DNA of 38,910 nucleotides from Bacillota bacterium (GCA_022793975.1 JAAWDW010000033.1:1-38910); one strand, 5' to 3'; shown: positions 24,001 through 33,193, numbered from the stretch's first letter. A program made the numbers and translations. Notes: generated from the letters alone by a model not told the origin.

Positions 24001-25538
24001 AACAATACACCTCCCGCAAAGCCCGTCGTAACGATAAGTGTAGGCTCATAAAAGCCTGCCATAACTGCATCGGCCGCAATTTCAGCAAGATTATAAAGAT
24101 GTACTCCAAAGTTCGGAGCAATGCCAAGCACGACAGAAAGCACAGCCGTAAGACAGATAGGAATAAGCATACGTTTGTCCGCTTCACCGTATTTCGCAAA
24201 CTCTCCGCTCTCATCCTTTTTAAAGAATGCAATATAGCATACCGGCATCAAATATGAAAGTCCAAGAAGCGCCGATGCAAGAAGCACCGCAAGATAAACC
24301 GGCTTCCCTATCTCAAGCGCTCCGAGCAGGATATCCCACTTGCTGATGAATCCCACAACAAGCGGCATTCCTGCAATACCGAGCGATGTTACTGTAAAGC
24401 AGCCGAAAGTTATGGGCATTTTTCTGCCTATACCGTTCATTTCACTGATATTTTCCTTATGTGCCGTAACTATAACTGCGCCTGCGCACATAAAGAGCGT
24501 AATCTTCATTACCGCATGCGCAACTATATGGTACATCGCACCCAGCATGCCCATCGGTGAAAGCATAGCCACACCCAGCACCACATATGAGAGCTGACCG
24601 ATTGTCGAGTATGCAAGCCTTCTTTTCAGATTATCCTGCTTCATTGCTATGAGCGAAGAAACGACTATAGTCGCCGCCGCAATATATGCGAGCACCTGCG
24701 CTGCGCCGAGTTCAAGAAGCAGTGCCGGACCGTAAACATATCCTATAATTCTTATAATACAGAATGCTCCTGCCTTAACAACAGCCACCGCGTGAAGCAG
24801 CGCGCTCACAGGCGTAGGTGCTACCATCGCCGATGGCAGCCAGCCGTGAATCGGCATCAGTCCCGCCTTGACAGCTCCCGCAATTACAAGCAGGAAAAAG
24901 AGCGCCTGCAAAATCGCGACAGGTGCCATATCCGAAGCCAGAAAACCTCCCGCTTTAAAATCAAGCGTACCCGCTATGTAGTAGGTCACTCCTATTCCCG
25001 CCAGGAAAAATTGACCTGTGGAAAGTGTGTAAATTAAATATTTTCTGCCCGAAAATCTCGCATCCTCTGTCCTTGCGTGAAATACGAGCGGATAAGTTGC
25101 AACTGTAAGAAGTTCAAAGAACACAAAAAATGTAAGCAAGTTTGCGGAAAGTGCAATGCCCACAGCCGCCGAGATACACACAGCAAAGGCTGCAAAAAAT
25201 CCCGTCTGCTCCTTTTCATGATGTCCTCTCATATATCCAATACCGTAAAACGCAACCGGTATATAAAGAAATGAAGACACACACGCGAACAACATCCCCG
25301 CCGCATCCGTCCGCAGCGTAAAGCCTACCGTATCCGTAATGTTAAACAGAGTGTATTCGTAGACATCGCCTTCAAGCACGGCAGGTACCATCGAAAATAC
25401 TAGCACCATTTTTATTAAAGATGCAATTACCGTAAAACTCTCCCTAAGATTCGGGCGCTTTCCCGAAAACATTATGAGAAACGCCGCCAGCAGCGAAACA
25501 CCCACCGCCAAAAATGGCCTGATACTTATTATCGTCAT
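23997..25538 (-). CDS. mrpD: Mrp antiporter subunit D-like (NuoN/NuoM family)
   Basis: The 513-aa product has a Proton_antipo_M core. The motifs are MPIHGWLPSAMVAPTPVSALLHAVAVVKAG and HAVMKITLFMCAG. Confidence 0.85.
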   Translation of the reverse strand: MTIISIRPFLAVGVSLLAAFLIMFSGKRPNLRESFTVIASLIKMVLVFSMVPAVLEGDVYEYTLFNITDTVGFTLRTDAAGMLFACVSSFLYIPVAFYGIGYMRGHHEKEQTGFFAAFAVCISAAVGIALSANLLTFFVFFELLTVATYPLVFHARTEDARFSGRKYLIYTLSTGQFFLAGIGVTYYIAGTLDFKAGGFLASDMAPVAILQALFFLLVIAGAVKAGLMPIHGWLPSAMVAPTPVSALLHAVAVVKAGAFCIIRIIGYVYGPALLLELGAAQVLAYIAAATIVVSSLIAMKQDNLKRRLAYSTIGQLSYVVLGVAMLSPMGMLGAMYHIVAHAVMKITLFMCAGAVIVTAHKENISEMNGIGRKMPITFGCFTVTSLGIAGMPLVVGFISKWDILLGALEIGKPVYLAVLLASALLGLSYLMPVCYIAFFKKDESGEFAKYGEADKRMLIPICLTAVLSVVLGIAPNFGVHLYNLAEIAADAVMAGFYEPTLIVTTGFAGGVLL

Positions 25539-27076
25539 ATCGCAAGCACCTCCGGCAATCCCAAACTTAAAACATCGGCTGCAATGGGAGCATTAAGCAC
25601 ACCTATCGCTATTATAATAATTCCGAAAAGCACGATCGGAACAAGCATCGAAAGCGGAAGTTCAAATTTCCAAGGTCCTGCAGGACGTATTTCCGTGAGC
25701 TCAGCATCCTTGTTTACAAACACCGTCTCCAGCACTCTAAAGAAATACACTGCATTTAAGAGTGAACTTATGATCAGCACAACGAGATAAAAATAATGAC
25801 CGCTTTCAAGAGAACCCATAATTATATACCACTTGCTGAAAAATCCGCCCGTCGGAGGTATCCCCACCATCGAAAGTGCCGCAATCACAAGCGTCACCGT
25901 CGTCAGCGGCAGGTGCTTGTTAAGCCCGCCGAACTTATCTATCATCACTTCATCGTAGCGGTAACGCACCGCACCTATCACCATAAAAAGTGAACTCTTC
26001 ATAAAAGCGTGAATTAAAATGTGGAACACCGCCGCTATTATTCCATAGGCATTTCCCAGTGAAAGACCCACTGCAATATATCCTATCTGTGCCACCGACG
26101 AATATGCAAGCATACGGCGAAAATCTTTCTGTGCATTGGCCATAACGGATCCGAGAATGATGCCGCACGCTCCGAGAAAGCCAATAACAGTCAGTGCTTT
26201 TCCCACATATGGACTGTCAACCCCGATTATATAAAACATATATCTCATCATCGCCAGCGCAGGAGCTTTGCTCATAAGTCCCGAAATCAGGGGCGCTGCA
26301 GCCGGGTGTGCGTATGTATATGCATCGGGTTGCCAGCCGTGAAGAGGGAACAGCGCCATCTTGATACCAAATGCTATTATGAGCATACTTACGGCCAGCA
26401 GCACATTCGTCGAGTCCTTATGAGACGCGAGAAGCATACCCATATCCGCCATATTTAGCGTGCCTGTTATCGAATACATATAAGCAACCGCAAGCAAGTA
26501 GAACGATGCCGCTATAGTGCCGAGAAGCAAATATCTGAACGATGCCAGCACAGATTTGTCACCACCGAGTGCAATGAGTCCATAACCCGAAATTGAAGCA
26601 ATTTCGAGGAACACATAAAGGTTAAACATATCGCCCGTAATCGTCATACCGAGAAGTCCTGCCGAGAGAAGCGCGTACAGAGCATAAAATCCGCCTTTTT
26701 CAAGCCAGGTGTCTCTGTCAAGGAAATTTGCTTCCTCTCTGTCGCTTTCTGCAAGTTTCGGCTTTCCCGAAAAGAATGACTGCGAATATATGCAGACAAA
26801 CAACGCCACCGTAGCTATGGCAACGAGTATTAATACATTCATTTCATCTATTACAAATTCTATGCCAAGCGGCGGTTGCCAGCCACCCATATAATAATGT
26901 ACGGACTCCCCCGTGCGCATCACTTGCACAAAAAGTCCTACAGATGATGCAAGCGATGCTGTGAGCGCACAAATAACTATGTATTTTCCAAGATTTCTGT
27001 TTATTTTACTAAACACAAGGCACAGCATCGCAGACACAAGCGGAAGAATCGGAATTAAAACAGGTAAATGTCTCAT
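25535..27076 (-). CDS. mrpD: Mrp antiporter subunit D-like (second paralogue)
   Basis: The 513-aa product carries FPLHGWQPDAYTYAHPAAAPLISGLMSKA and HAFMKSSLFMVIG. The gene has 4-nt overlaps with both neighbours. Confidence 0.85.
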   Translation of the reverse strand: MRHLPVLIPILPLVSAMLCLVFSKINRNLGKYIVICALTASLASSVGLFVQVMRTGESVHYYMGGWQPPLGIEFVIDEMNVLILVAIATVALFVCIYSQSFFSGKPKLAESDREEANFLDRDTWLEKGGFYALYALLSAGLLGMTITGDMFNLYVFLEIASISGYGLIALGGDKSVLASFRYLLLGTIAASFYLLAVAYMYSITGTLNMADMGMLLASHKDSTNVLLAVSMLIIAFGIKMALFPLHGWQPDAYTYAHPAAAPLISGLMSKAPALAMMRYMFYIIGVDSPYVGKALTVIGFLGACGIILGSVMANAQKDFRRMLAYSSVAQIGYIAVGLSLGNAYGIIAAVFHILIHAFMKSSLFMVIGAVRYRYDEVMIDKFGGLNKHLPLTTVTLVIAALSMVGIPPTGGFFSKWYIIMGSLESGHYFYLVVLIISSLLNAVYFFRVLETVFVNKDAELTEIRPAGPWKFELPLSMLVPIVLFGIIIIAIGVLNAPIAADVLSLGLPEVLAI

Positions 27077-27474
27077 TCGCTCATCCTCCCGAGAAGTTCG
27101 TCTTCTTCTACCGTACCGTATTTATCTTTGAGCCTCATCAAGAGTGCCAGCGCCACTCCTGTGGTACCGAGGCTGACTACTATCGCCGTAAGCATAAGTG
27201 CATGCGGCAGCGGATTTATGTATGCCGAAGGATCGTTTGTTATCCCATCAAGCACAGGTATCATACCGCCCTCCTTCTGTGCAAAGCAGAGAAAGAAGAA
27301 TATTATTGATACCTGCATTATGTTCATCGACATAAGTTTTTTCAGGTAATTCTTGCACACTATCATTCCGAACATTCCGAGGAAGAAAAGAATGAGTACC
27401 AGCGCGTATATGCCTCTGTCTGCCAGAAAATCATTCACCAGTCCGAATATATCCGCACTATTCATCCGAATCAC
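27073..27474 (-). CDS. mrpC: Mrp antiporter subunit C (NuoK-like)
   Basis: The 133-aa product has 3 TM segments. It carries NPLPHALMLTAIVVSLGTTGVALAL, which is typical of MnhC/NuoK. Confidence 0.82.
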   Translation of the reverse strand: MIRMNSADIFGLVNDFLADRGIYALVLILFFLGMFGMIVCKNYLKKLMSMNIMQVSIIFFFLCFAQKEGGMIPVLDGITNDPSAYINPLPHALMLTAIVVSLGTTGVALALLMRLKDKYGTVEEDELLGRMSE

Positions 27475-27898
27475 TCTCCCTTACAAGCGCATCCATGATG
27501 TCGATAATCGTCATCATTACCGTGAGCGTTACTCCTATTTCTATCATCAATATACCAAGCGCGTGCACCTCGGCTGCCTCGTGCATATGCACCGGCAGAT
27601 ATGCATACTCAAGAAAATTTCCGCCGAAAAACATCGGTAAAAATCCTGTTAACGCATAGATAAACGCACCCACGCCTGCAAGCATTACAGCATGTGTTCC
27701 TTTTATATTAAACTTTGTGTCCTGCCCCTGCACAAGCCTTGCAAGCACAACTCCTATAGCAAGCAGCGCTCCTGCCTGAAATCCGCCGCCTGGACTGAAT
27801 TCTCCGTGAGTGAGGACATATATTCCGTAAACTATCGTAAACGGCACGATTACCCGAAATGCCGAATTAAGTACAACTCCACCAAAAGGTTTACCCAT
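27458..27898 (-). CDS. mrpB: Mrp antiporter subunit B (MnhB domain)
   Basis: The MnhB motif is HGEFSPGGGFQAGALLA. I moved the start to the ATG at 27898, which follows GGAAAGGAGGA and overlaps the upstream stop. The Lys/Arg-rich extension in the ORF track is improbable. Confidence 0.8.
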   Translation of the reverse strand: MGKPFGGVVLNSAFRVIVPFTIVYGIYVLTHGEFSPGGGFQAGALLAIGVVLARLVQGQDTKFNIKGTHAVMLAGVGAFIYALTGFLPMFFGGNFLEYAYLPVHMHEAAEVHALGILMIEIGVTLTVMMTIIDIMDALVRESDSDE

Positions 27899-28229
27899 TA
27901 TTTTTGTCCTCCTTTCCGTTTTCCGCCTTTTCTTTATCTGCGGCCGTTTTGTTTTTACTTCTTTTACCTGCCGCAATTACGAGCACTGCCGTCATTCCCG
28001 CAAGGAACATTACTGTTGTCTCTTCGAGCGTATCAAACCCTCTATAATCCGCAAGCGTACCGGTAACAATATTCGGTGAACCTGTGTCCTCCCTGCTATG
28101 CTCTATGTAGTACGGCGTCACAGACTTGTTGGGCGCAGAGTTCTCGTCTCCGATTTTCGGAAGCGAACCTATGCTCAAGCACAAAATACCGAGTGCCACT
28201 GCAATAATAATCGCTGACATCTTCTTCAT
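27891..28229 (-). CDS. MbhE-like / MrpB N-terminal-like small subunit
   Basis: The 112-aa product carries NIVTGTLADYRGFDTLEETTV. This matches the N.VT.IL.DYRG.DTLGE block seen in MrpB/MbhE-type subunits. Confidence 0.65.
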   Translation of the reverse strand: MKKMSAIIIAVALGILCLSIGSLPKIGDENSAPNKSVTPYYIEHSREDTGSPNIVTGTLADYRGFDTLEETTVMFLAGMTAVLVIAAGKRSKNKTAADKEKAENGKEDKNNG

Positions 28230-28471
28230 TTCTTACACCACCTGCCGACTTTTTTTAAAGCTGCTACCATAAATATTGTGGAAACCGTACCTATTACAGC
28301 TTCCGTAAACGCCACATCGGGAGCTCCCATCATCAGATAAGCGAGCACCGCACAGAAACTGAACACGCTGAACATTACTACCGCCGCCAAAAGATCACGA
28401 CACATAATAATCGCTATTGTTGCAGCTATGAGAAACAAAAGCAAAATCGCTTCCAATGTTAATATCTGCAT
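28226..28471 (-). CDS. DUF4040 / MbhD-like subunit (MrpA C-terminal-like)
   Basis: The 81-aa product has 3 TM segments. The block APDVAFTEAVIGTVSTIFMVAAL is typical of DUF4040. Confidence 0.65.
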   Translation of the reverse strand: MQILTLEAILLLFLIAATIAIIMCRDLLAAVVMFSVFSFCAVLAYLMMGAPDVAFTEAVIGTVSTIFMVAALKKVGRWCKK

Positions 28472-28473
28472 AT

Positions 28474-28812
28474 CTAGTTGCTCCCTCCCTCTTTATTTTC
28501 TTCATTATTCTTATTCGTCCATACCGGCTCTCCCGTCTTATAAGCGGCCTTAGACAGTATGTGCGTACCTATCGGGTTGCCGATAAATACGAACATGAAT
28601 ATAAAAATCAGCTTAAAAGATATGAGGTTTGCTCCCTCATATATAACAAATCCGAGCAGTGTCAACATCATTCCCAGGGTTTCGCTGTTACCTGAAGCGT
28701 GAAGTCTCGAATAAAAATCCGGCAACCTCAGCATACCTACGGCAGAAATAACAAGGAACAAAAGACCGATCACAATCATTATGACTGCAATAATTTCACG
28801 AATGGCGATCAT
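28474..28812 (-). CDS. mrpG: Mrp antiporter subunit G
   Basis: RLPDFYSRLHASGNSETLG is the PhaG/MnhG signature. Confidence 0.82.
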   Translation of the reverse strand: MIAIREIIAVIMIVIGLLFLVISAVGMLRLPDFYSRLHASGNSETLGMMLTLLGFVIYEGANLISFKLIFIFMFVFIGNPIGTHILSKAAYKTGEPVWTNKNNEENKEGGSN

Positions 28813-29075
28813 AATTTCTTACCTCCCAGATATTTTGCTATTGCTATAGAGCCGACAAAACCGAGAATAGCGTATGAAATTGCAATATCTACATACATAT
28901 CTATCCTGCCGTCGATATATCCGAACAATACTATGAGCAGCGTCGCATCCGCGTTTATAACTCCGAGCGCATTCATACGGTTGAATACTGTTGGACCGCG
29001 CAGCGCTCTTCCCAGCATCAGCGCGATAATTGCTATAAGTACGATCACGGCCAGAAGCGAAATTATCTTTATCAT
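28809..29075 (-). CDS. mrpF: Mrp antiporter subunit F
   Basis: The 88-aa product carries RALRGPTVFNRMNALGVI, which is MnhF-like. The gene has ATGA overlaps on both sides. Confidence 0.8.
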   Translation of the reverse strand: MIKIISLLAVIVLIAIIALMLGRALRGPTVFNRMNALGVINADATLLIVLFGYIDGRIDMYVDIAISYAILGFVGSIAIAKYLGGKKL

Positions 29076-29617
29076 ACTGCCGCCCCCTTTTCATCGTCTA
29101 TCATTATAAAGTTCTCATCCTGTCCGAAAAGCCGTGCCACATGTCTCTGCATATCGCCCGCTCTGATGCCTTCTGCCGCATCATCCGTGAGTGCGTGGAT
29201 CTCATAAACTCCGTCATCTGTCACATTCATAGTCACGGTTCCCGGAGTAAGTGTTATGGAATTGGCAAGCACAGTAAGCGCCATAGGGTTGTCCATATTT
29301 ACTTTAAATCGTATTACCTGCGGATCGATTGCAAGCTCAGGACTCACAATGACCTTTGCAAGTGCAAAATTGCTCGTTATAAGCTGCCAGAATATCCATA
29401 AGCAATATACAGCTAGTCTAAAAATTGAAAATCCAAGCGCAAAATACTCATTTTTACCGTCAGCACTTTTAAGCATTAAAAGCGGCATGCATATATATCC
29501 CGCAATCAGAGATGTAAAAGTCCCGTAAATAAGAAATTTCACCTCAAACCTTCCGGAAAGAAGAATCCAGAAGATCATCATAATAGCTACAAGCTTGAAA
29601 TAATATTTCACGTTCAA
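29072..29617 (-). CDS. mrpE: Mrp antiporter subunit E
   Basis: The 181-aa MnhE-like product carries ANSITLTPGTVTM. The TTG start lies 9 nt after GGAGAGGAG. This is the first gene of the operon. Confidence 0.78.
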   Translation of the reverse strand: MNVKYYFKLVAIMMIFWILLSGRFEVKFLIYGTFTSLIAGYICMPLLMLKSADGKNEYFALGFSIFRLAVYCLWIFWQLITSNFALAKVIVSPELAIDPQVIRFKVNMDNPMALTVLANSITLTPGTVTMNVTDDGVYEIHALTDDAAEGIRAGDMQRHVARLFGQDENFIMIDDEKGAAV

Positions 29618-29855
29618 AACCTGTACTCCTCTCCATTTATATTTTAATATCTTTTACTTGCTGAAAATCTGCTGTATAATATGATTTTGTGATTAAACAC
29701 ATACATCGGTATTTTACTATTTTTTACTCATAAAGTAAATACTTTTTGAGTTTTGCGACAATAATGAAAATTGAACTATAAATTGCAATTTAGCATAAAT
29801 TAAACTATAATAAATAGCGTTAAAGATGCCATTAAGATTGTGTAGGTAAAAAATA

Positions 29856-31196
29856 ATGCTGAAAACAGAAAAACAAATACACAAACACAGAACTTCATCT
29901 CAAATTATTATGCTTGGTTTCCTGTCCATAATCATCTTGGGCAGTCTGCTTTTAATGCTTCCGTTTGCCACGCGCGACGGCAAAGGCGCAGTATTTTCCG
30001 AAGCTTTGTTTACGGCCACTTCCGCCGTGTGTGTAACAGGTCTTGTTGTACAGGATACTGCAACATACTGGTCTTCATTCGGTCAAGGCGTCATTCTTAT
30101 GCTTATTCAAATAGGTGGTATGGGTATTGTAACAATAGCTGTTTCCGTGGCAATGGTCTCAGGGCGGAAAATAGGTCTTATGCAGAGAAGCACTATGCAA
30201 GAAGCAATTTCTGCCCATCACGTAGGCGGTATTGTTAGACTGACAAGATTTATCCTTAAAATGACAGCAATTATCGAACTTCTGGGCGCTGTTTTTCTTA
30301 TGCCTGTTTTTTGCCGCGAATTCGGAATAGGTAAAGGCATATGGTATTCCCTCTTTCATTCAATCTCTGCATTCTGCAACGCCGGATTCGATTTAATGGG
30401 AATAAAAACGCACTTTTCATCGCTGACTTCTTATTCTTCATGTTTTTCTGTCAATTTTATTATTATGTTGCTTATAGTAATCGGAGGTATCGGGTTTTTA
30501 ACTTGGGAAGATATCAAAAGCAACAAGTATCATATTAAAAAATATCGAATGCAGAGCAAAGTAATATTGACGGTAACAACTATGCTGATTGTTTTTCCGG
30601 CTGTTTATTTTTTCTTCGGCGAATTTTCCGATCTTCCGTTACAGGAAAGAATTCTTTGTTCTTTATTTCATTCTGTTACAACAAGGACTGCCGGTTTTAA
30701 CACCTCTGATTTGACGCTTTTAAGCGAAACAGGCCAGATGCTTACCATTGTACTTATGCTCATCGGCGGATCTCCTGGCTCTACCGCAGGCGGTATAAAA
30801 ACAACAACCATAGCCGTATTGTTCTCCTCCGCCATATCGGTATTTCTAAGAAAAGAAAATACCCAGCTTTTTAAACGGAGTATTTCCGGTGGAGCAGTAC
30901 GAATAGCCGCCACTATATTCCTGATGTATACATTTCTTTTTACATTCGGAGCAATGATTATAAGCCGTGTTGAATGTATTCCCATTCTGCCGGCGCTTTT
31001 TGAAACAGCATCCGCTATAGGAACAGTAGGACTTTCACTCGGAATTACCGCAGATCTTGGAGCGGTTTCCCGTTTTATTTTGATAATTCTTATGTTTTTT
31101 GGCAGAGTCGGCGGTCTTACTATCATATTTGCCGCTTTGACAGAAAACAAAGTAAACATTTCCAAATATCCGCAGGAAAAAATAACTGTTGGATAA
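29856..31196 (+). CDS. ktrB: TrkH/KtrB-family K+ transporter membrane subunit
   Basis: The 446-aa product has repeated M1-P-M2 units with selectivity-filter-like segments. These are AVCVTGL, AFCNAGFD, TRTAGFNT and TVGLS, plus GGSPGSTAGGIKTTT. Confidence 0.88.
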   Translation: MLKTEKQIHKHRTSSQIIMLGFLSIIILGSLLLMLPFATRDGKGAVFSEALFTATSAVCVTGLVVQDTATYWSSFGQGVILMLIQIGGMGIVTIAVSVAMVSGRKIGLMQRSTMQEAISAHHVGGIVRLTRFILKMTAIIELLGAVFLMPVFCREFGIGKGIWYSLFHSISAFCNAGFDLMGIKTHFSSLTSYSSCFSVNFIIMLLIVIGGIGFLTWEDIKSNKYHIKKYRMQSKVILTVTTMLIVFPAVYFFFGEFSDLPLQERILCSLFHSVTTRTAGFNTSDLTLLSETGQMLTIVLMLIGGSPGSTAGGIKTTTIAVLFSSAISVFLRKENTQLFKRSISGGAVRIAATIFLMYTFLFTFGAMIISRVECIPILPALFETASAIGTVGLSLGITADLGAVSRFILIILMFFGRVGGLTIIFAALTENKVNISKYPQEKITVG

Positions 31197-31221
31197 TTTA
31201 AAAGATAGAAGGAGACAAGAA

Positions 31222-31869
31222 ATGAAGACAGTATTACTTATCGGACTCGGAAGATTCGGACGCCATATAGCTATTAAACTAAATGAACTTGATCATCAGG
31301 TCATGGCTATTGATAAAAACGAAAACAGTGTTAATGCAATTTTGCCGTTTGTCACAAATGCTCAGATAGGCGATACCACAAACGAAGATTTTCTCGAATC
31401 TCTCGGTGTCAGCAATTTCGACCTTTGTATTGTTGCAATAGGCAACGATTTTCAGAGCAATCTTGAGACGACATCATTGCTCAAAGAGCTAGGTGCCAAA
31501 ACAGTCGTATCCCGCTGCTCCAAAGATATTCACGCCAAGTTCCTCCTGAGAAACGGCGCCGATGAAGTCGTATACCCTGAAAAACAGCTTGCAGACTGGA
31601 CTGTCATACGCTATACCGCAGATCATATTCTTGACTATATAGAACTTGATGCAGACCATGCCGTGTTTGAAGTTTCTGTACCGGAAAAATGGATCGGCAA
31701 AACGGTAAGTACAATTGACGTACGCAAAAAATATGGCTTAAACATTATGGCTGTAAAGCGCGGAGATGAAATGGAGATGAGTATTACGCCGGAAACACAA
31801 TTTACAGAAAAAGATACTGTCTTGGTCCTCGGCAATATTAAACAAATTCAAAAATGTTTCCATATGTAA
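31222..31869 (+). CDS. ktrA: TrkA/KtrA-family K+ uptake regulatory subunit (RCK_N + RCK_C)
   Basis: MKTVLLIGLGRFGRH is a Rossmann motif. The ATG at 31222 follows AGGAGA. A C-terminal TrkA_C-like domain is present. Confidence 0.88.
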   Translation: MKTVLLIGLGRFGRHIAIKLNELDHQVMAIDKNENSVNAILPFVTNAQIGDTTNEDFLESLGVSNFDLCIVAIGNDFQSNLETTSLLKELGAKTVVSRCSKDIHAKFLLRNGADEVVYPEKQLADWTVIRYTADHILDYIELDADHAVFEVSVPEKWIGKTVSTIDVRKKYGLNIMAVKRGDEMEMSITPETQFTEKDTVLVLGNIKQIQKCFHM

Positions 31870-31871
31870 AT

Positions 31872-32351
31872 TTATTTATGATACTTTTCGTGACGGTTGA
31901 TTTTAAATGCGCGGTAAATCTGCTCCAGCAGAATTACGCGCATCATCTGATGTGGAAATGTCATCGGTGAAAACGACAGCTTCATATCGGCGCGCGATGA
32001 TACAGCAGGTGAAAGTCCGAGGGAGCCGCCTATTATAAGTACGATACTGCTACGTCCTTCTATTCCGAGTTTTTCAATATGCTCCGCAAACTGCTCTGAA
32101 CTGAGTTCCTTCCCCTTTATTTCCAGGCTTATGACATAAGCATCTTTATCTATGCGGCGGAGTATTTCTTTGCCCTCGGCTTCTTTTACCGCCTCTTCTT
32201 CGGCCGGACCTGCATTATCGGGCAGTCGTGCTTCTTTTATTTCCTCTATTTTAAGTGTGCAATATGATGAAAGTCTCTTGGAATATTCGGCTATCGCATC
32301 CGTCCAGTATTTTTCTTTGAGCTTGCCCACACAAAGTACTGTTATATTCAT
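31872..32351 (-). CDS. rlmH: 23S rRNA (pseudouridine1915-N3)-methyltransferase
   Basis: The 159-aa SPOUT protein has the motifs MNITVLCVGKLKEKYW, LIIGGSLGLS and TFPHQMMRVILLEQIYRA. Confidence 0.9.
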   Translation of the reverse strand: MNITVLCVGKLKEKYWTDAIAEYSKRLSSYCTLKIEEIKEARLPDNAGPAEEEAVKEAEGKEILRRIDKDAYVISLEIKGKELSSEQFAEHIEKLGIEGRSSIVLIIGGSLGLSPAVSSRADMKLSFSPMTFPHQMMRVILLEQIYRAFKINRHEKYHK

Positions 32352-32370
32352 TTTTTCATAACCCTTTCCG

Positions 32371-33180
32371 CTATTCTCCGAGTGTGAACACCGGACTAAG
32401 CTCGTTCCTCGCCATAATATGTAAATTCAAATGTTTTCCGATATATATTTCATGCTCTTCGAGCAAATTTTTAACTGTCTGATACGCCATTTCCGGAAAA
32501 TTATTTTCCTTTGACAAATGCGCAAGCAGCACCTCCCTGTGCTGTCCCGTTTCTTTGCATATACGGCATATTTCTTCTGCAGCTGCATCGTTTGACAGAT
32601 GACCGAAATCTCCGAGTATGCGCCGCTTCACATTATACGGATAACGGCAGAACTCCAGCATATGTACATCATAGTTTGATTCTATTACAAGCAGCTCCGA
32701 ATCTTTTACTGCCTCATGTATTTCTTCTGTAATTACACCTGTATCAGTGACTATACTTATCTTTTTATCGCTCGCTGCAAAAGAATAGCCGACAGGCTCT
32801 GCCGCATCGTGTGAAAGTGAAAACGGAATTACAGTTATATCGCCTATTGTAAATATACGCTGTTCATTAATTTCTCTATATTTAGCCGAAGAAAGTTTGC
32901 TGCAAAGATCCCCGGTCGCTTCCCACGTTCCTTTACTGGCATATACTTTTGCGTTTTCAAATTTTTTTGCAAGTATCTGCACACTTTTTATATGGTCTAT
33001 ATGTTCGTGGGTTATGAGTACGCCCTTTACATCCTCATAATTTATGCCAAGCGCCGCAAGCCCCATAAATATCCGTTTTCCGCTTATTCCCGCATCTATT
33101 ATAAGAACAGTATTTTCTGTGCGCACAATATAGCAGTTGCCGCTGCTGCCGCTTGACAATGAACAAAAGCTCAGTTTCAT
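32371..33180 (-). CDS. MBL-fold metallo-hydrolase, YycJ/WalJ-like
   Basis: MKLSFCSLSSGSSGNCY...IDAGISGK...VLITHEHIDHIKS closely resembles B. subtilis WalJ(YycJ). Confidence 0.82.
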   Translation of the reverse strand: MKLSFCSLSSGSSGNCYIVRTENTVLIIDAGISGKRIFMGLAALGINYEDVKGVLITHEHIDHIKSVQILAKKFENAKVYASKGTWEATGDLCSKLSSAKYREINEQRIFTIGDITVIPFSLSHDAAEPVGYSFAASDKKISIVTDTGVITEEIHEAVKDSELLVIESNYDVHMLEFCRYPYNVKRRILGDFGHLSNDAAAEEICRICKETGQHREVLLAHLSKENNFPEMAYQTVKNLLEEHEIYIGKHLNLHIMARNELSPVFTLGE

Positions 33181-33193
33181 AATCGTCCTGCCC

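Noticed and set aside
23870-24232. A 120-aa minus-strand ORF spanning the mrpD/small-ORF junction
   Set aside because: This is an alternative frame across two translationally coupled genes. The product is Leu/Arg/Cys-rich without TM or domain features.
27899-27976. The Lys/Arg-rich 26-aa N-terminal extension of mrpB in the ORF track (MRQVKEVKTKRPQIKKRRKTERRTKI)
   Set aside because: It overlaps the preceding MbhE-like gene by 86 nt. A strong RBS (GGAAAGGAGGA) sits in front of the internal ATG at 27898, which gives the usual 8-nt coupled overlap.
28819-29094. A 91-aa Arg/Tyr-rich ORF overlapping mrpF in another frame. A 67-aa ORF at 17948-18151 lies similarly inside rnfB.
   Set aside because: Both are frame-shifted shadows of confidently identified genes. 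They have no independent start signals.
29618-29855. A c-di-AMP (ydaO/kimA-type) riboswitch upstream of the ktrB/ktrA genes
   Set aside because: K+ transporter genes often carry this riboswitch. However, the 238-nt spacer is extremely AT-rich and lacks the conserved GC-rich pseudo-symmetric cores (ACGGGGA / CCCG-type segments). I see only weak A/T hairpins.
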